64,000 bases of DNA from NCBI GenBank assembly GCA_963700635.1, contig CAVOYH010000001.1:384001-448000 (forward strand), written 5' to 3'. The notes under the pieces are model-generated. The model saw only the letters and a list, made by a program, of their open reading frames with translations, was not told the origin of the DNA and did not search any database. Origin of the DNA: an uncultured Bacteroidota bacterium (GTDB lineage Bacteria > Bacteroidota > Ignavibacteria > UBA10030 > UBA6906). The position numbers and the translations under genes are program-made. This document shows positions 42,401 through 51,656 of the stretch, piece after piece; position 1 is the stretch's first letter, and each line of letters begins with the position of its first letter.

Positions 42401-43322
42401 CAATATGCAGGGGACTCCCTATGAAACGGAAAACGCCGAGGCGGACATTTTTGACGGTCTGACTCTGGTGTTCAATAATTTCTGGACCGTCCGGGATACT
42501 CTGGATGCATCAACGGGCTGGGTGGGGAAGAGTGCGTACATCGTCAACGCCGGTCCGACAAATCTGCAATTGCTGGATCCCCCGTTGTTCGGTTACCGGC
42601 GTCCGGCTGATTACGAAATTGTCTTTGCCAACACCATTGTGGACACGTCAACGATCGGGCCGTTCCCGTATGACGTTTCCATTCCGGTGAATTTCCGGAT
42701 TCTTAACCGGACTGACAGTACGTACATCAAATTCCTCTTTACAGAGGGGCCTTCGCCGGGTGGGCTCAACAAACTCTCCCCTCTGGATGAACTTATTCTT
42801 ATGGAAAAGAATCCCCGGGGTGAATATTATCCGACATGGGATCTTTTCTTCCTGGCCAAGGTGGGAGATCCCGGCGATACTGTCTATGCTCTCGGGACTG
42901 GCGACAAGTGGATCTTCAAGACGACAAAACCATACCGGAATGGGGATGTGTTTGAGTTTGTGACTGAGCTCCCGCGCATTGACAATACGGTAGCCGGCGC
43001 ACTTCTGGACCGTATCCGCGTCGTCCCCAACCCCTACGTGACGGCGTCGAGTTTTGAACCCCCGCTGAATCCGGGCATCACCAGCGGCCGCGGGGAACGA
43101 AAGATCGATTTCACGCATCTTCCTGCCGAGGCGACAATCAGGATCTTCACCTCACGGGGTGACCACGTGGTGACCCTCCGCCATGATGGATCACGGGATG
43201 ATGGGACGGTCTCCTGGAATCTTAAGACCAAGGAAAACCTGGACATCGCATTTGGCGTCTATTTTTACATCCTGGAATCATCGGTGGGCAATAAAACCGG
43301 CAAGATTGCGATCATTAAGTGA
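39471..43322 (+). CDS. 1283-aa secreted protein with Dx[DN]xDG Ca-binding loops, an Fn3-like domain and a T9SS-like C-terminal domain
   Basis: Signal peptide; DGIDNDGD, DGIDNDFDG, DRVDNDAD, DSVDNNANG; Fn3-like VPGDRQVTLYWD..FEGYKLY..YFYAVVAYD; C-terminal IRVVPNPY...IRIFT..G...WNL...GVYFY...KIAIIK. Confidence 0.8.
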   Translation: MKTTRYVFFLILTTFLLAPSMLAQSGREYRRSAIMNGNQVRTVFGNWGVIGQPVDTRPRGAWKNDNNGYLGDVSPFVGAEVRWQDTTFRSVVSSPVARPTQLADLDPATGENWTFEPVGGYFASAPNQSIAVSNDNKTWPEFWPDKLSDGVDPGWRGSWNGYFGKRISADLETYFVMDDNVDRRFNFALNNARGIAFKPDSLNLSRNGLALDVRVRAMQWAQFLAQDNIFWLYEIANTGTTSYDRVVFGMLVGTYIGVTGSDGSPQEYDDDWSFYDVFTNITYTADFDRNTGRNPRWNQRFPVGMVGYAFLESPGNPFDGIDNDGDADSTTIGQASPVFESTSFDSTVIAAGARIILVRDDFSRVTFTVPNRDSVKIKTRGMRDSIWIYPGKTKLAEGNLVRDFQGNEVINRNAYDGIDNDFDGLIDENRFLHYQQFKRNRNFPFEVLLNVLRPVRHVSAATGGVANPLSMIDERRNDRVDNDADWDINFDDVGRDGIGRTAVNYPGPDFGEGDGLPTSGYDNSGNDTGLPGEPNIDKTDVDESDQIGLSSFYYFEPANVVRLGDDEELWKNLAPGFFDVPTSIVNNRPQRGEDGDFIYGSGYFPLLAGTTERFSLALVYGGGKGGSVQDDIDDLLKNKRTVQKIYDANYQFPTPPDKPTLVAVPGDRQVTLYWDRVAEASVDPVLRTRDFEGYKLYKSTDPDFSNIFTITDATGTPRGYQPLAQYDIANSIRGFFRASGELFQAAAGYSFNLGDDSGLKHTYVDREVENGRRYFYAVVAYDRGDELAGIFPGENTKPVRILSTGEVERDINVAVVTPNAQTAGYVSPSSGVSALHPSGPATGGVKFAIVDERKLTGHRYRVTFLDTQMDSVDNNANGKLDFSDSTEWNRITTFYNVEDMTQLSEQFISQDTANVSFNKKNLMPGTVTVRNQQGSVIDPANYILNTTRGSIRGAAPGTLPPGTYSISYRYYPVYRSPNMQGTPYETENAEADIFDGLTLVFNNFWTVRDTLDASTGWVGKSAYIVNAGPTNLQLLDPPLFGYRRPADYEIVFANTIVDTSTIGPFPYDVSIPVNFRILNRTDSTYIKFLFTEGPSPGGLNKLSPLDELILMEKNPRGEYYPTWDLFFLAKVGDPGDTVYALGTGDKWIFKTTKPYRNGDVFEFVTELPRIDNTVAGALLDRIRVVPNPYVTASSFEPPLNPGITSGRGERKIDFTHLPAEATIRIFTSRGDHVVTLRHDGSRDDGTVSWNLKTKENLDIAFGVYFYILESSVGNKTGKIAIIK

Positions 43323-43330
43323 GGATGACC

Positions 43331-44365
43331 ATGAACAGATTCCGTTTTACGAGCGTGACACACGCAATCGCCGGATTGCTGGTCGTCCTGAGCATACAGG
43401 AACCGGTACAGGCACAAACCAAAGTCGGGACCACGGCCGCGCAGTTTCTCGGCGTCTCTGTCGGCCCCCGTGCCATCGCGATGGGCGGCGCATACGTGGC
43501 TGCGAATGACGACGCCACTTCGATGTACTGGAACCCCGGAGCGTTTCAACAGGCCGGCAAATCGCAGGCAGTGTTCTCCAATACGGATTGGCTTGTCGGG
43601 ACGAAGTTCCGGTGGTTCGGGTTTATGCTGAATCTCGGGGACGAGAACGCGCTTGGTGTGAGCCTTACACAGCTCGATTATGGAGAAGAGGAGGTCACGA
43701 CGGTGGCTTCACCGGACGGTACCGGGGAACGCTGGTCGGCCCAGGATCTGGCAATCGGTGTTTCATATTGCCGGCGATTAACCGATCGGTTTTCCATGGG
43801 AGGAACCGTCAAGTATGTCGAGCAGCGGATCTGGAATGAAAGCGCCAGCACCTTCGCATTTGATCTCGGACTGTTGTTTGTAACAGGTTTTAACGACATG
43901 CGGCTCGGCGTCTCAATGTCGAATTTCGGCGGAGAGATGACTCTGGCGGGACGTGACTTGCTCCAGCGGGTGGATATCGATCCCTCCAATTCCGGTTCCA
44001 ACAAGTCGCTCGTCGGAAATTTGAAAACCGATCCCTGGGCCATCCCGCTGTTGTTCAGGGTCGGTGTTGCGATGGATGCCTACAAAGACGAGACCTTCCG
44101 TTTGACCGTTGCAGCCGATGCCTTACGCCCCAACGATAACGAAGAATCGGTCAACGTGGGGGGAGAGTTTGGCTGGAACGACATGATCTTCCTCCGGGGA
44201 GGGTACAAGTCTCTCTTTGGCAAGGATGCAGAAGAGGGAGTTTCGCTGGGGGCCGGACTAAAATATACTGCTGACGCGCTCGGTTCCATCGAGCTGAATT
44301 ATGCGTACACGAATTTTGGACTTTTTGGCAATATTAACACCATCGCCCTTTCGGTCGCATTCTGA
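43331..44365 (+). CDS. PorV/PorQ-family (UPF0164-like) outer-membrane beta-barrel
   Basis: KVGTTAAQFL...GPRAIAMGGAYVA...DATSMYWNPG signature, amphipathic strands, terminal Phe. Confidence 0.85.
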   Translation: MNRFRFTSVTHAIAGLLVVLSIQEPVQAQTKVGTTAAQFLGVSVGPRAIAMGGAYVAANDDATSMYWNPGAFQQAGKSQAVFSNTDWLVGTKFRWFGFMLNLGDENALGVSLTQLDYGEEEVTTVASPDGTGERWSAQDLAIGVSYCRRLTDRFSMGGTVKYVEQRIWNESASTFAFDLGLLFVTGFNDMRLGVSMSNFGGEMTLAGRDLLQRVDIDPSNSGSNKSLVGNLKTDPWAIPLLFRVGVAMDAYKDETFRLTVAADALRPNDNEESVNVGGEFGWNDMIFLRGGYKSLFGKDAEEGVSLGAGLKYTADALGSIELNYAYTNFGLFGNINTIALSVAF

Positions 44366-44479
44366 CACTACGTACCGGAGGGCCGGGAGTTTCCATCATA
44401 CCATCCCGCAGAGAAAGGAGGATTCGGGAAACCACAGTCTGGAGCAGGGGCGATACGAGGGAGGCTGAGTCGATTCAGC

Positions 44480-44508
44480 TTGACGCGGAAAGGACAATTC
44501 TCTATTTT
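44480..44508 (+). promoter_or_regulatory. Putative internal sigma70 promoter for the multi-CBM T9SS gene
   Basis: TTGACG (44480-44485), 17 bp spacer, TATTTT (44503-44508). Confidence 0.55.
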
Positions 44509-44578
44509 ATATGGCTGCCAACGGCGGTTATACTTTTCCGTTTATCTCACTAACCACAATCCACATAAGGAGTACTCT

Positions 44579-47500
44579 ATGAAACACTTCACAACGCTGT
44601 TGCTTTCTGTGCTGCTGGTTGCGAGCCTGGCTTTTGCCGGCGAGGAACCGGACACCCGGAAAGCACCGGTCGGAGCAAATCCCGGTGTGACCTTCGGGAC
44701 GGATGCCGGGTGGCTGCAGTTGACGCAGGTCACCCTGGCTTCCTATCAGTTCCCGAGTGTTCAGTACCTGGACACCGTGGCCTGGATTGCAGGCTACCGG
44801 ACATCCGCACCGCGGACTCCGCTCGCATACTATTCTATCAGGGGCGGAGATTGGAACAAGATCACGCTGCCCGGAGGAGACCGTGGGATCTTCCAGGCGT
44901 GGGATGCAAAACTCGCCGTGTATGCGGGTTTTGACGGTAAGATCTGGCGCACAACAACCGGCGGAACATCCTGGGACAGTGTCTATTACTACGGTGCCGG
45001 AGCCGGTTTCTTTGATGGCGTCAAGTTCGTCAGCAAGGACACTCTGGTCGCATTTGGTGATGCAGACGGAAGCGGTATGTGCGTCGTCCGCAGCACCGAC
45101 GGCGGAGCAACCTGGACCCGGAATGCAAGCCTGCCGGTGGCATTCAGTGGGAAGTCGTACTCCTTTGCGACGTACGGTCAGGCAATGGAGACATACGGCA
45201 ACAGCGTGTGGTTGACTGCCTACACTTCCGGGACACTGCCCGAGATCGCACGTTCAACGGATGCCGGTGCGACCTGGACTTCCTCGTCGGTGTCATTAAC
45301 AGGTGGCATAGCCAACAACTACTACGTCCGTTCAATCAACTTCCTGAACGACACCGTCGGTTATATTGTTGACCGTGCTGCGACCGCCGCCAATTTCGGG
45401 TACATTCACAAGACGACCGATGGTGGTCTTACCTGGAGTGACTCGATTGCGGTGAATCCTGCCGCGTCTCATTCGACGCAGGAATTACGCTCCGCAAAGC
45501 CGATCCGTGGCACGAACATCGTGGTCGTCACCGGACAGGACTTTACGGTTGCTACGGCAAATCGTGGTCGTGTTTGGTGGTCCACCGATGCCGGCTCCAC
45601 ATGGGATCCCGTTGCGGCAATCGGACCCGAACTCTGGAATTCTTCATTCAAGAGTGCGTCTGAAGGTCTCGCAATCGGTACCCAGAATGCTCTCAAATTC
45701 ACGAGCAAGAATGTCCGCAAGGTGGTCTTCAATCTGAACACCTCTACCGTGCCTGATACGTTGCCTGTCACAGGACAGACCGTCCAGATGCGGGGTGGTG
45801 TGAACCATGCCGGCGGATTCTCACCGATTACCTGGGGCAATGATGCTCAGAATAACTTGACCAAAATCGGTGGCGACTACTGGCAGAAGACCATGTATTT
45901 GCAGGCGGGCGATACGCTGCGCTACAAATACGTGATTGCGTACAGCTCGGGAACAGGCTGGGAAGGTGGCGTTGTCCCTGCAGATTTCCCTGCCGCAACG
46001 AATGCAGATCGTTCGTTTATCGTGCCTGACATGGACACGACGCTCAACGTCGAGTTCTGGAACAACGGCGCCGGTACGCGGGCACAGTATTTCCGCCCAT
46101 GGGCGGCCGCGGCGGATTCATTCTTTACGGTCTACTTCCGCGTGAATATGAACGGCATCATTTCCGCCGGATCATATGGATACAACGGTGATGTGGATAC
46201 GCTGGCCGTGCGCGGTGGCGGCTCCGCGGGAAGTGATCTTGATTGGGGACGGTCCTCGTATCTGCTACGCGAATCCCCGGCCTCCAACGGCGACGGCTAC
46301 ACAAGCGCAGCCAATGTCTTTCTGGTCGGGTGGTCTCAAGATTAAGAAGGCCGGTCTGACAGAGGGATCGACCATCGGATTCAAGTATCTTATTGGCTCC
46401 GATTGGAACCGTCCGAACGGGTCGAAGGCTGATGAAACCACCGACCGTAACTTCAAGGTCCCCATGGGATTCAAGGATACCACGCTGACATGGGTGTATT
46501 TCAACAACGATCGCCCTCAGGCCCGTGCGAATCCCGATACGGTAAAGATGACGTTTATTGCAAACCTCGCCCAGGCCGCATCCAGTGGCGGGTTTAACGT
46601 CACGACCGATACGTTGTATGTGCGTACCGGATATTTCAGCACTTCGAATGAATCCGGCCGGAGCAAACAAATGCTTCGACTCTCCGGCACGATCTTCCAG
46701 GTGGTAGACACAGTGATCACCGCGAAGAACAAGATGCTGGATTATCAGTACTACACCGTGCGGAACGGGCAGGACGTCCGTGAGAACTACTACAACTTCT
46801 ACTACACCGGCCCGGTCGCTTCAGAAGCCGAACGGCGTCAGATTCTTATCGACTCGATTAGCCTCGAAGACAAACGGCATGACCGTACGCGACACAGCGA
46901 CAAGCATCACCCAGGCACGGCGCCAGCCGGTATTCTCAAACGCCCGCCTGCTTGCCAGGAACGTCAACGTGAAGTGGGAAGTCGACCTGCGTCCGGCATA
47001 CTACCAGGTGCACCTCGGTGGCGACTCGCTGTCGGATATCCAGGGTACGTTTACCATCCGTGTGGCGGACAAAGACTCCATCATGAAGTGGGGAGTCTGG
47101 ATGAACGGTCCGGCAGTCGGTGGCTGGAGTAACGATGGTGGTGACTGGGGTATTTCGCTTTCGAACAACCTGGCAAAGAAGCTGTTTGACAATGGCACAA
47201 ACGGCGACCGTGTTGCCGGCGACTCCATTTTCACGCGGCAGGTTCTTGCCTCACCCGACAGCGTCGCGATCGGAAGCAAAGACCGCGTAGGCCAGACCTT
47301 CAAGTTTGGTATCCGCGGCGGCGACAATGAAGGTGGTAGCGGCGGATTCGGAAACAACCACAATGAGAATATTGTGGATACCGACTACGATCTACACGGT
47401 CAGCAATCAGTTCGGCAGCATCAACCCGGCATTCTATGATGCATGGGATTATGATCTTCGCAGGCCCAAAACTCCGACCAGCGTGTTCGATCCGGACAAG

Positions 47501-47767
47501 CCGTTGGTGTTTGAACTTGCGCAGAACTATCCAAACCCCTTCAATCCGACAACAAAGATCGAATACTCCATCCCGTTGCAGGCACAGGTGGAGCTGAGGA
47601 TCTATAATGTGGTCGGTCAGGAAGTGGCGATACTGGTGAACGAAATTCAGAAGCCAGGCGTCCACGACGTGAAATTCGAAGCATCGAAGCTCGCGAGTGG
47701 TGTCTACTTCTACCGGCTCGTTGCCGGTACATTCACAAGTGTCAAGAAGATGGTGCTGTTGAAGTAA
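44579..47767 (+). CDS. ~1060-aa T9SS type-A-CTD protein: BNR/YCF48 propeller plus tandem CBM20-like modules; split by three +1 frameshifts
   Basis: ATG after AAGGAG; repeats TT.GG.SW, STDGGATW, STDAGSTW; modules V.F..N..V..RGG..W....YKY/FKY; DNGTNGDRVAGDSIF motif; CTD LAQNYPNPFNP..KKMVLLK. The four ORFs join after single-base removals at ~46320, ~46857 and ~47386. Confidence 0.78.
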
Positions 47768-47794
47768 ACGGTTCGGCATCGTGCTGATGCCCGG

Positions 47795-47831
47795 CAAGGC
47801 GGTTCCGGCTCTCGGGGCCGCCTTGTTTTTT
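47795..47831 (+). terminator. Rho-independent terminator
   Basis: Hairpin CAAGGCGGTTCCG-GCTCT-CGGGGCCGCCTTG followed by T6. Confidence 0.85.
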
Positions 47832-47860
47832 GTCTACGAATTGAGCGCTTCTGACCCACG

Positions 47861-49675
47861 ATGATCCGAATCCTTGTCCTCCTGCTCCTCGCTGCACGTC
47901 TCCTTTTCGCACAGTCGGGAGGTGCGCCCGATGCGGTTATCGCGCGCGCAGGAAACGTTTTTGTCTCCGAACAGGAGTTTCTGAAACGGTTTGAGCTTAC
48001 CCCGGGACTTTACCGCCATCGAAAACCGCAACTGGAACAGGAAAAGCTCCAGCTGCTGTACTCCATGGTGGCAGAGAAACTGCTTGCCCAGGAAGCCCAA
48101 CAACGAGGATGCGATACAGCGGCTCTCTATCGCGGAGCCGTAGCAGAAACCGTAAAACTGCTTGCCCGTGATGCGTTGTACCGTCAGGAAGTCCGGGAGA
48201 AAGTCGTGGTAAGCTCTTCCGAAATCAAGGAAGGGATTACACGCGCCCGCGTCCAGCGCCTTGTCGCGTTCTGGTTCTTCGAAGAGGAGAATGATGCGCG
48301 TTTTGTACGTTCACAGATCCAATCGGGTTCGGATTTTGACCGCTTTGTTCTCGACACGAACATGCTGGCAGTGCGTGATACCGCCACGGTACTCTGGGGC
48401 GATGCGGAACAGTCTGTCGAAGATGCCGCCTATCAACTCCAGCAGGGGGGTGTCTCACCGGTAGTGCCCGCAGGCGATGGGTTCTACATCCTTCGCCTGC
48501 TTGCGGTGAACCAGAATCCTGTTCTGATGTCTCTCCCGCCACTTACGCTTCGTGAGCGTGTGATCAGCACGATCCGACAGCGGAAGGAGCGCGTTCGGGA
48601 AGCCGAAGTGATCACCGGTCTGCTCCGCGCACACTCCGCCTTCTCTCCGCCTGCGCTGTTCCGCCGTGTGGCGGACAGTCTGGCATCGGTGTTTCATGCG
48701 TCGTATGCTGCACCCGCGACCGCGCTTTCCCCCGCAATGGGCGCCGAAACGCTCCGGAGACTGCACGCTGTCGCCGATGATACACTGATCGTTGCGGGCC
48801 CGGCCGCATGGAGTGTGCGGGAAGCCCTTGAGAAACTCGTACGCAGAGGGTTCAGCGTGCACGGCGATTCTGTGCGGGGAGTAGCGGCCCGACTGTACAC
48901 CGTCTTCCGGGAGTGGACCCACCATGAGCTCCTTGCCCAGGAGGCCCTCGCGCGCGGGCTCGAGAAGGACCTCTCCGTGCAACAACGCCTTGCCCCCTGG
49001 AAAGACCACCTTCTTGCCGGCATGGTCCAACGGCGTATCCATGAAACTCTGGATGTCGCCGATGCAGAGGTCTTTGCCTACCTTCAGAGCACTGATTCGT
49101 CGCTCGTGATACCTGAAGTCCGTCTCCGCCTCCTGCGCACACGTACCTTCGAACAGATGGACGCAGCCTTCCGCGCCCTGGAGAAAGGGGTTCCGTTCGA
49201 CAGCGTGATTGCAGAGATGTCAGATGATCTTCTGTCGCGCCCTCGGCGCGGAGATACCGGGTTCTTCCCTGTCACGGACCGGTATCCCCTCGGACTTATC
49301 GGATCCCGTCTTGAACCGGGGGAGTTTTATGGGCCTCTTCGGGATTCGAGCGGTTATGTCTACTTTCAACTTCTGGAAACACGGAAAAACGCGGCATGGG
49401 AGGACACGGCGGCAGCCGCACGGTTTGCGCGCGCAAAGGAAGAAGTACGCCGCATGAAAGAACGCCGGGCTGTAACACTCTTTGTTGCACAATCCGCCCG
49501 GCAGCGGGGGTTTGAAATTTACTATGACAGGCTTCAGATGTTGAAGGTGACCCCGTTCCCCATGCTCGCCTACCGGATGCTCGGGTTTGGAGGGCGTATG
49601 TTCGAGGTGCCTTTTGTAGAACCCCAGCTCGAATGGCTCAACACCGAACCACCGGTCGAGGTGATCCTCCCGTGA
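47861..49675 (+). CDS. PpiC/SurA-like periplasmic peptidyl-prolyl isomerase/chaperone with two parvulin-like domains
   Basis: Signal peptide; EKLLAQEA, EDAAYQL..GGVSPVV....GFYILRL, F......SDD......GDTGF and LEPGEFYGP....GY..FQL. Confidence 0.75.
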   Translation: MIRILVLLLLAARLLFAQSGGAPDAVIARAGNVFVSEQEFLKRFELTPGLYRHRKPQLEQEKLQLLYSMVAEKLLAQEAQQRGCDTAALYRGAVAETVKLLARDALYRQEVREKVVVSSSEIKEGITRARVQRLVAFWFFEEENDARFVRSQIQSGSDFDRFVLDTNMLAVRDTATVLWGDAEQSVEDAAYQLQQGGVSPVVPAGDGFYILRLLAVNQNPVLMSLPPLTLRERVISTIRQRKERVREAEVITGLLRAHSAFSPPALFRRVADSLASVFHASYAAPATALSPAMGAETLRRLHAVADDTLIVAGPAAWSVREALEKLVRRGFSVHGDSVRGVAARLYTVFREWTHHELLAQEALARGLEKDLSVQQRLAPWKDHLLAGMVQRRIHETLDVADAEVFAYLQSTDSSLVIPEVRLRLLRTRTFEQMDAAFRALEKGVPFDSVIAEMSDDLLSRPRRGDTGFFPVTDRYPLGLIGSRLEPGEFYGPLRDSSGYVYFQLLETRKNAAWEDTAAAARFARAKEEVRRMKERRAVTLFVAQSARQRGFEIYYDRLQMLKVTPFPMLAYRMLGFGGRMFEVPFVEPQLEWLNTEPPVEVILP

Positions 49676-51639
49676 GCAAGGCTGTTTCCATAAAACTTCC
49701 ACTCTGGAAGCGGATTCTCTTCAGCATCGTTCCTGCCGCACTTTTTCTGGTGCTGCTCGTGCTGGCGGAATTCGTCGCCCGCTGGGCCTCTCCGGTTCCT
49801 CCCGAGAGACTTGTCGATGAAGTGCAATTTGACGGAATCACCTGGTATCAGACAAACCGGTCGTTCCTGAAGAAGTACTTTCCGGCCGGAACTCCACTGG
49901 TGCCGGAGTTCAAGACCGGACTCTTCCGCAAGGAGAAAACCGGAACCACCTTCCGGGTGATGTGTCTCGGCGGTTCTACAATGTTCGGAACCCCGTATGA
50001 TATGAATGCCAATATCCAGGGGATCCTCCGGCGGCAGCTTCGTCACCGGTACCCGTCACTTGAGTGGGAGGTGATTAACTGGGGCGCCTCGGCGATCAAC
50101 AGCAACGTGATCAGGGATTTGGCAGACGATCTGCTTGCCTTCACGCCCGACCTCGTCATCATCTATATGGGCCACAATGAATATTATGGCCCTGACGGCA
50201 TAGGTGCTTCATTCCCGGAGCGGTATATTCCCTCGCTTACCCCGCTGAAGTACCGGATGCGGGAATTACGTCTTGTGCAGATTGTGCAGCAATGGATTGC
50301 CGGAGCAGCTCCGGATGCAGGGTCAGCCGGCAATCTGATGCGCCAGGTCTCGGGAGGCAGTCTGGTCCCGACGGACTCTGAGGAAAACACCCGTGTGCTT
50401 CAGCGTTTTGAGGCAAATCTGAGTGATATTCTTGAGACGTTTTCTGCGGCGCAAATTCCCGTGGTCATCAGCGATGTCGCTTCCAATCTTCTGTTTCCGC
50501 CGTTTGCAGGGGACAGCGTGATTGGCAGCCGGAACACAACAGAGTTTGATCTCCAGATGAGGAAGCTGTCCGGCGAAGGACGGTACGATGAGATGCTCGA
50601 TGTCATCCACACGCTTTCAGCACCCGACACACTGCACCCCTTTGCACTGTACTGGAAGGGATTCGCGCTCCGTGCGACCGGTCACCCGAAGGAAGCCCGG
50701 GAGTTGCTTCTGGGCGCGCGGGACCAGGACCTTCTGAAATTCAGGGCGCCCCGCCAGGTGAACACCATCATCCATGCCGCGAGCACGACGTACCATATTC
50801 CTCTTGTCGCAGCTGACTCATTGCTTGGAGCTGGATCCGGAGATGGAATTCCGGATGAGACAATGTTCTGGGAGCACCTGCACCCGACTCCCGCGGGTTA
50901 CTCCATCATTGCAAGCGGGTTTCTGGAGACGATCACGAAGAGCGGGATCGTCCGGGTACCACCCGCCGTTCTCACTCAGGTTCCGTTTCACATGGATTCC
51001 CTGCGTGTGTGCTGGCTGGATCTTGCATACGGAGACTTCTCGATACAGCGCCTCACCGGCAAGTGGCCGTTCGAGAGCTACGCGAGGACGCCTCTTGTGT
51101 TGCTGAACGCGGACCCTCAACAGTTGAGTATCGTACGGGATACGTATGCGCGCGTCTTACAATGGAACGAGGCCTGCTACGCGTCAGCGAAAACATTCTG
51201 GAGGATGGGCAGGCTCCGTGATGCTCTCACGACGTACGAAGCGATGCTGGAAGAGTATCCGTACAGCTTCTATACGAACTATCTTGCGGGAAGCCTGTTG
51301 AACACGATGGGAGAAGGGGACCGGGCGATCGGATACCTGAAACAGTCCATAAGCGCTAATCCTGAATACCTCCCCCCGCGCCTGGATCTGGGTTTGCTCG
51401 ATGTGAACCATGGGCGGTATGCCGAGGCGCTCGTGCAGCTCCAGGCCGTCGTGGATCAGGCGGGTACGACCCCGGAGCAGATGCGCATCAAAGCCAATGC
51501 CCTGTACGGAATCGGGGCCGCGTGCGCCAACCAGGGGGATATGGACCGTGCGGCTGCTGCAGTCGATCAGGCACTGCTCCTGCAGCCCGGATACACAGAC
51601 GCGTTGCGTCTCAAAGAAGCGATACGAAAATCGAAATGA
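49672..51639 (+). CDS. Membrane-anchored SGNH-hydrolase-like protein with TPR repeats (paralog 1)
   Basis: GTGA overlap with the PPIase; N-terminal TM; CLGGST, INWG, YMGHNEYYG, DLLKFRA, EHLHPT; C-terminal TPRs. Confidence 0.82.
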   Translation: MSKAVSIKLPLWKRILFSIVPAALFLVLLVLAEFVARWASPVPPERLVDEVQFDGITWYQTNRSFLKKYFPAGTPLVPEFKTGLFRKEKTGTTFRVMCLGGSTMFGTPYDMNANIQGILRRQLRHRYPSLEWEVINWGASAINSNVIRDLADDLLAFTPDLVIIYMGHNEYYGPDGIGASFPERYIPSLTPLKYRMRELRLVQIVQQWIAGAAPDAGSAGNLMRQVSGGSLVPTDSEENTRVLQRFEANLSDILETFSAAQIPVVISDVASNLLFPPFAGDSVIGSRNTTEFDLQMRKLSGEGRYDEMLDVIHTLSAPDTLHPFALYWKGFALRATGHPKEARELLLGARDQDLLKFRAPRQVNTIIHAASTTYHIPLVAADSLLGAGSGDGIPDETMFWEHLHPTPAGYSIIASGFLETITKSGIVRVPPAVLTQVPFHMDSLRVCWLDLAYGDFSIQRLTGKWPFESYARTPLVLLNADPQQLSIVRDTYARVLQWNEACYASAKTFWRMGRLRDALTTYEAMLEEYPYSFYTNYLAGSLLNTMGEGDRAIGYLKQSISANPEYLPPRLDLGLLDVNHGRYAEALVQLQAVVDQAGTTPEQMRIKANALYGIGAACANQGDMDRAAAAVDQALLLQPGYTDALRLKEAIRKSK

Positions 51640-51656
51640 GAAACTGCCTGCGTATG

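Noticed and set aside
46300-47400. Programmed frameshifting or phase variation in the multi-CBM gene
   Set aside because: No slippery heptamers or long simple repeats at the junctions; all shifts are +1, as in two unrelated genes, which favours assembly error.
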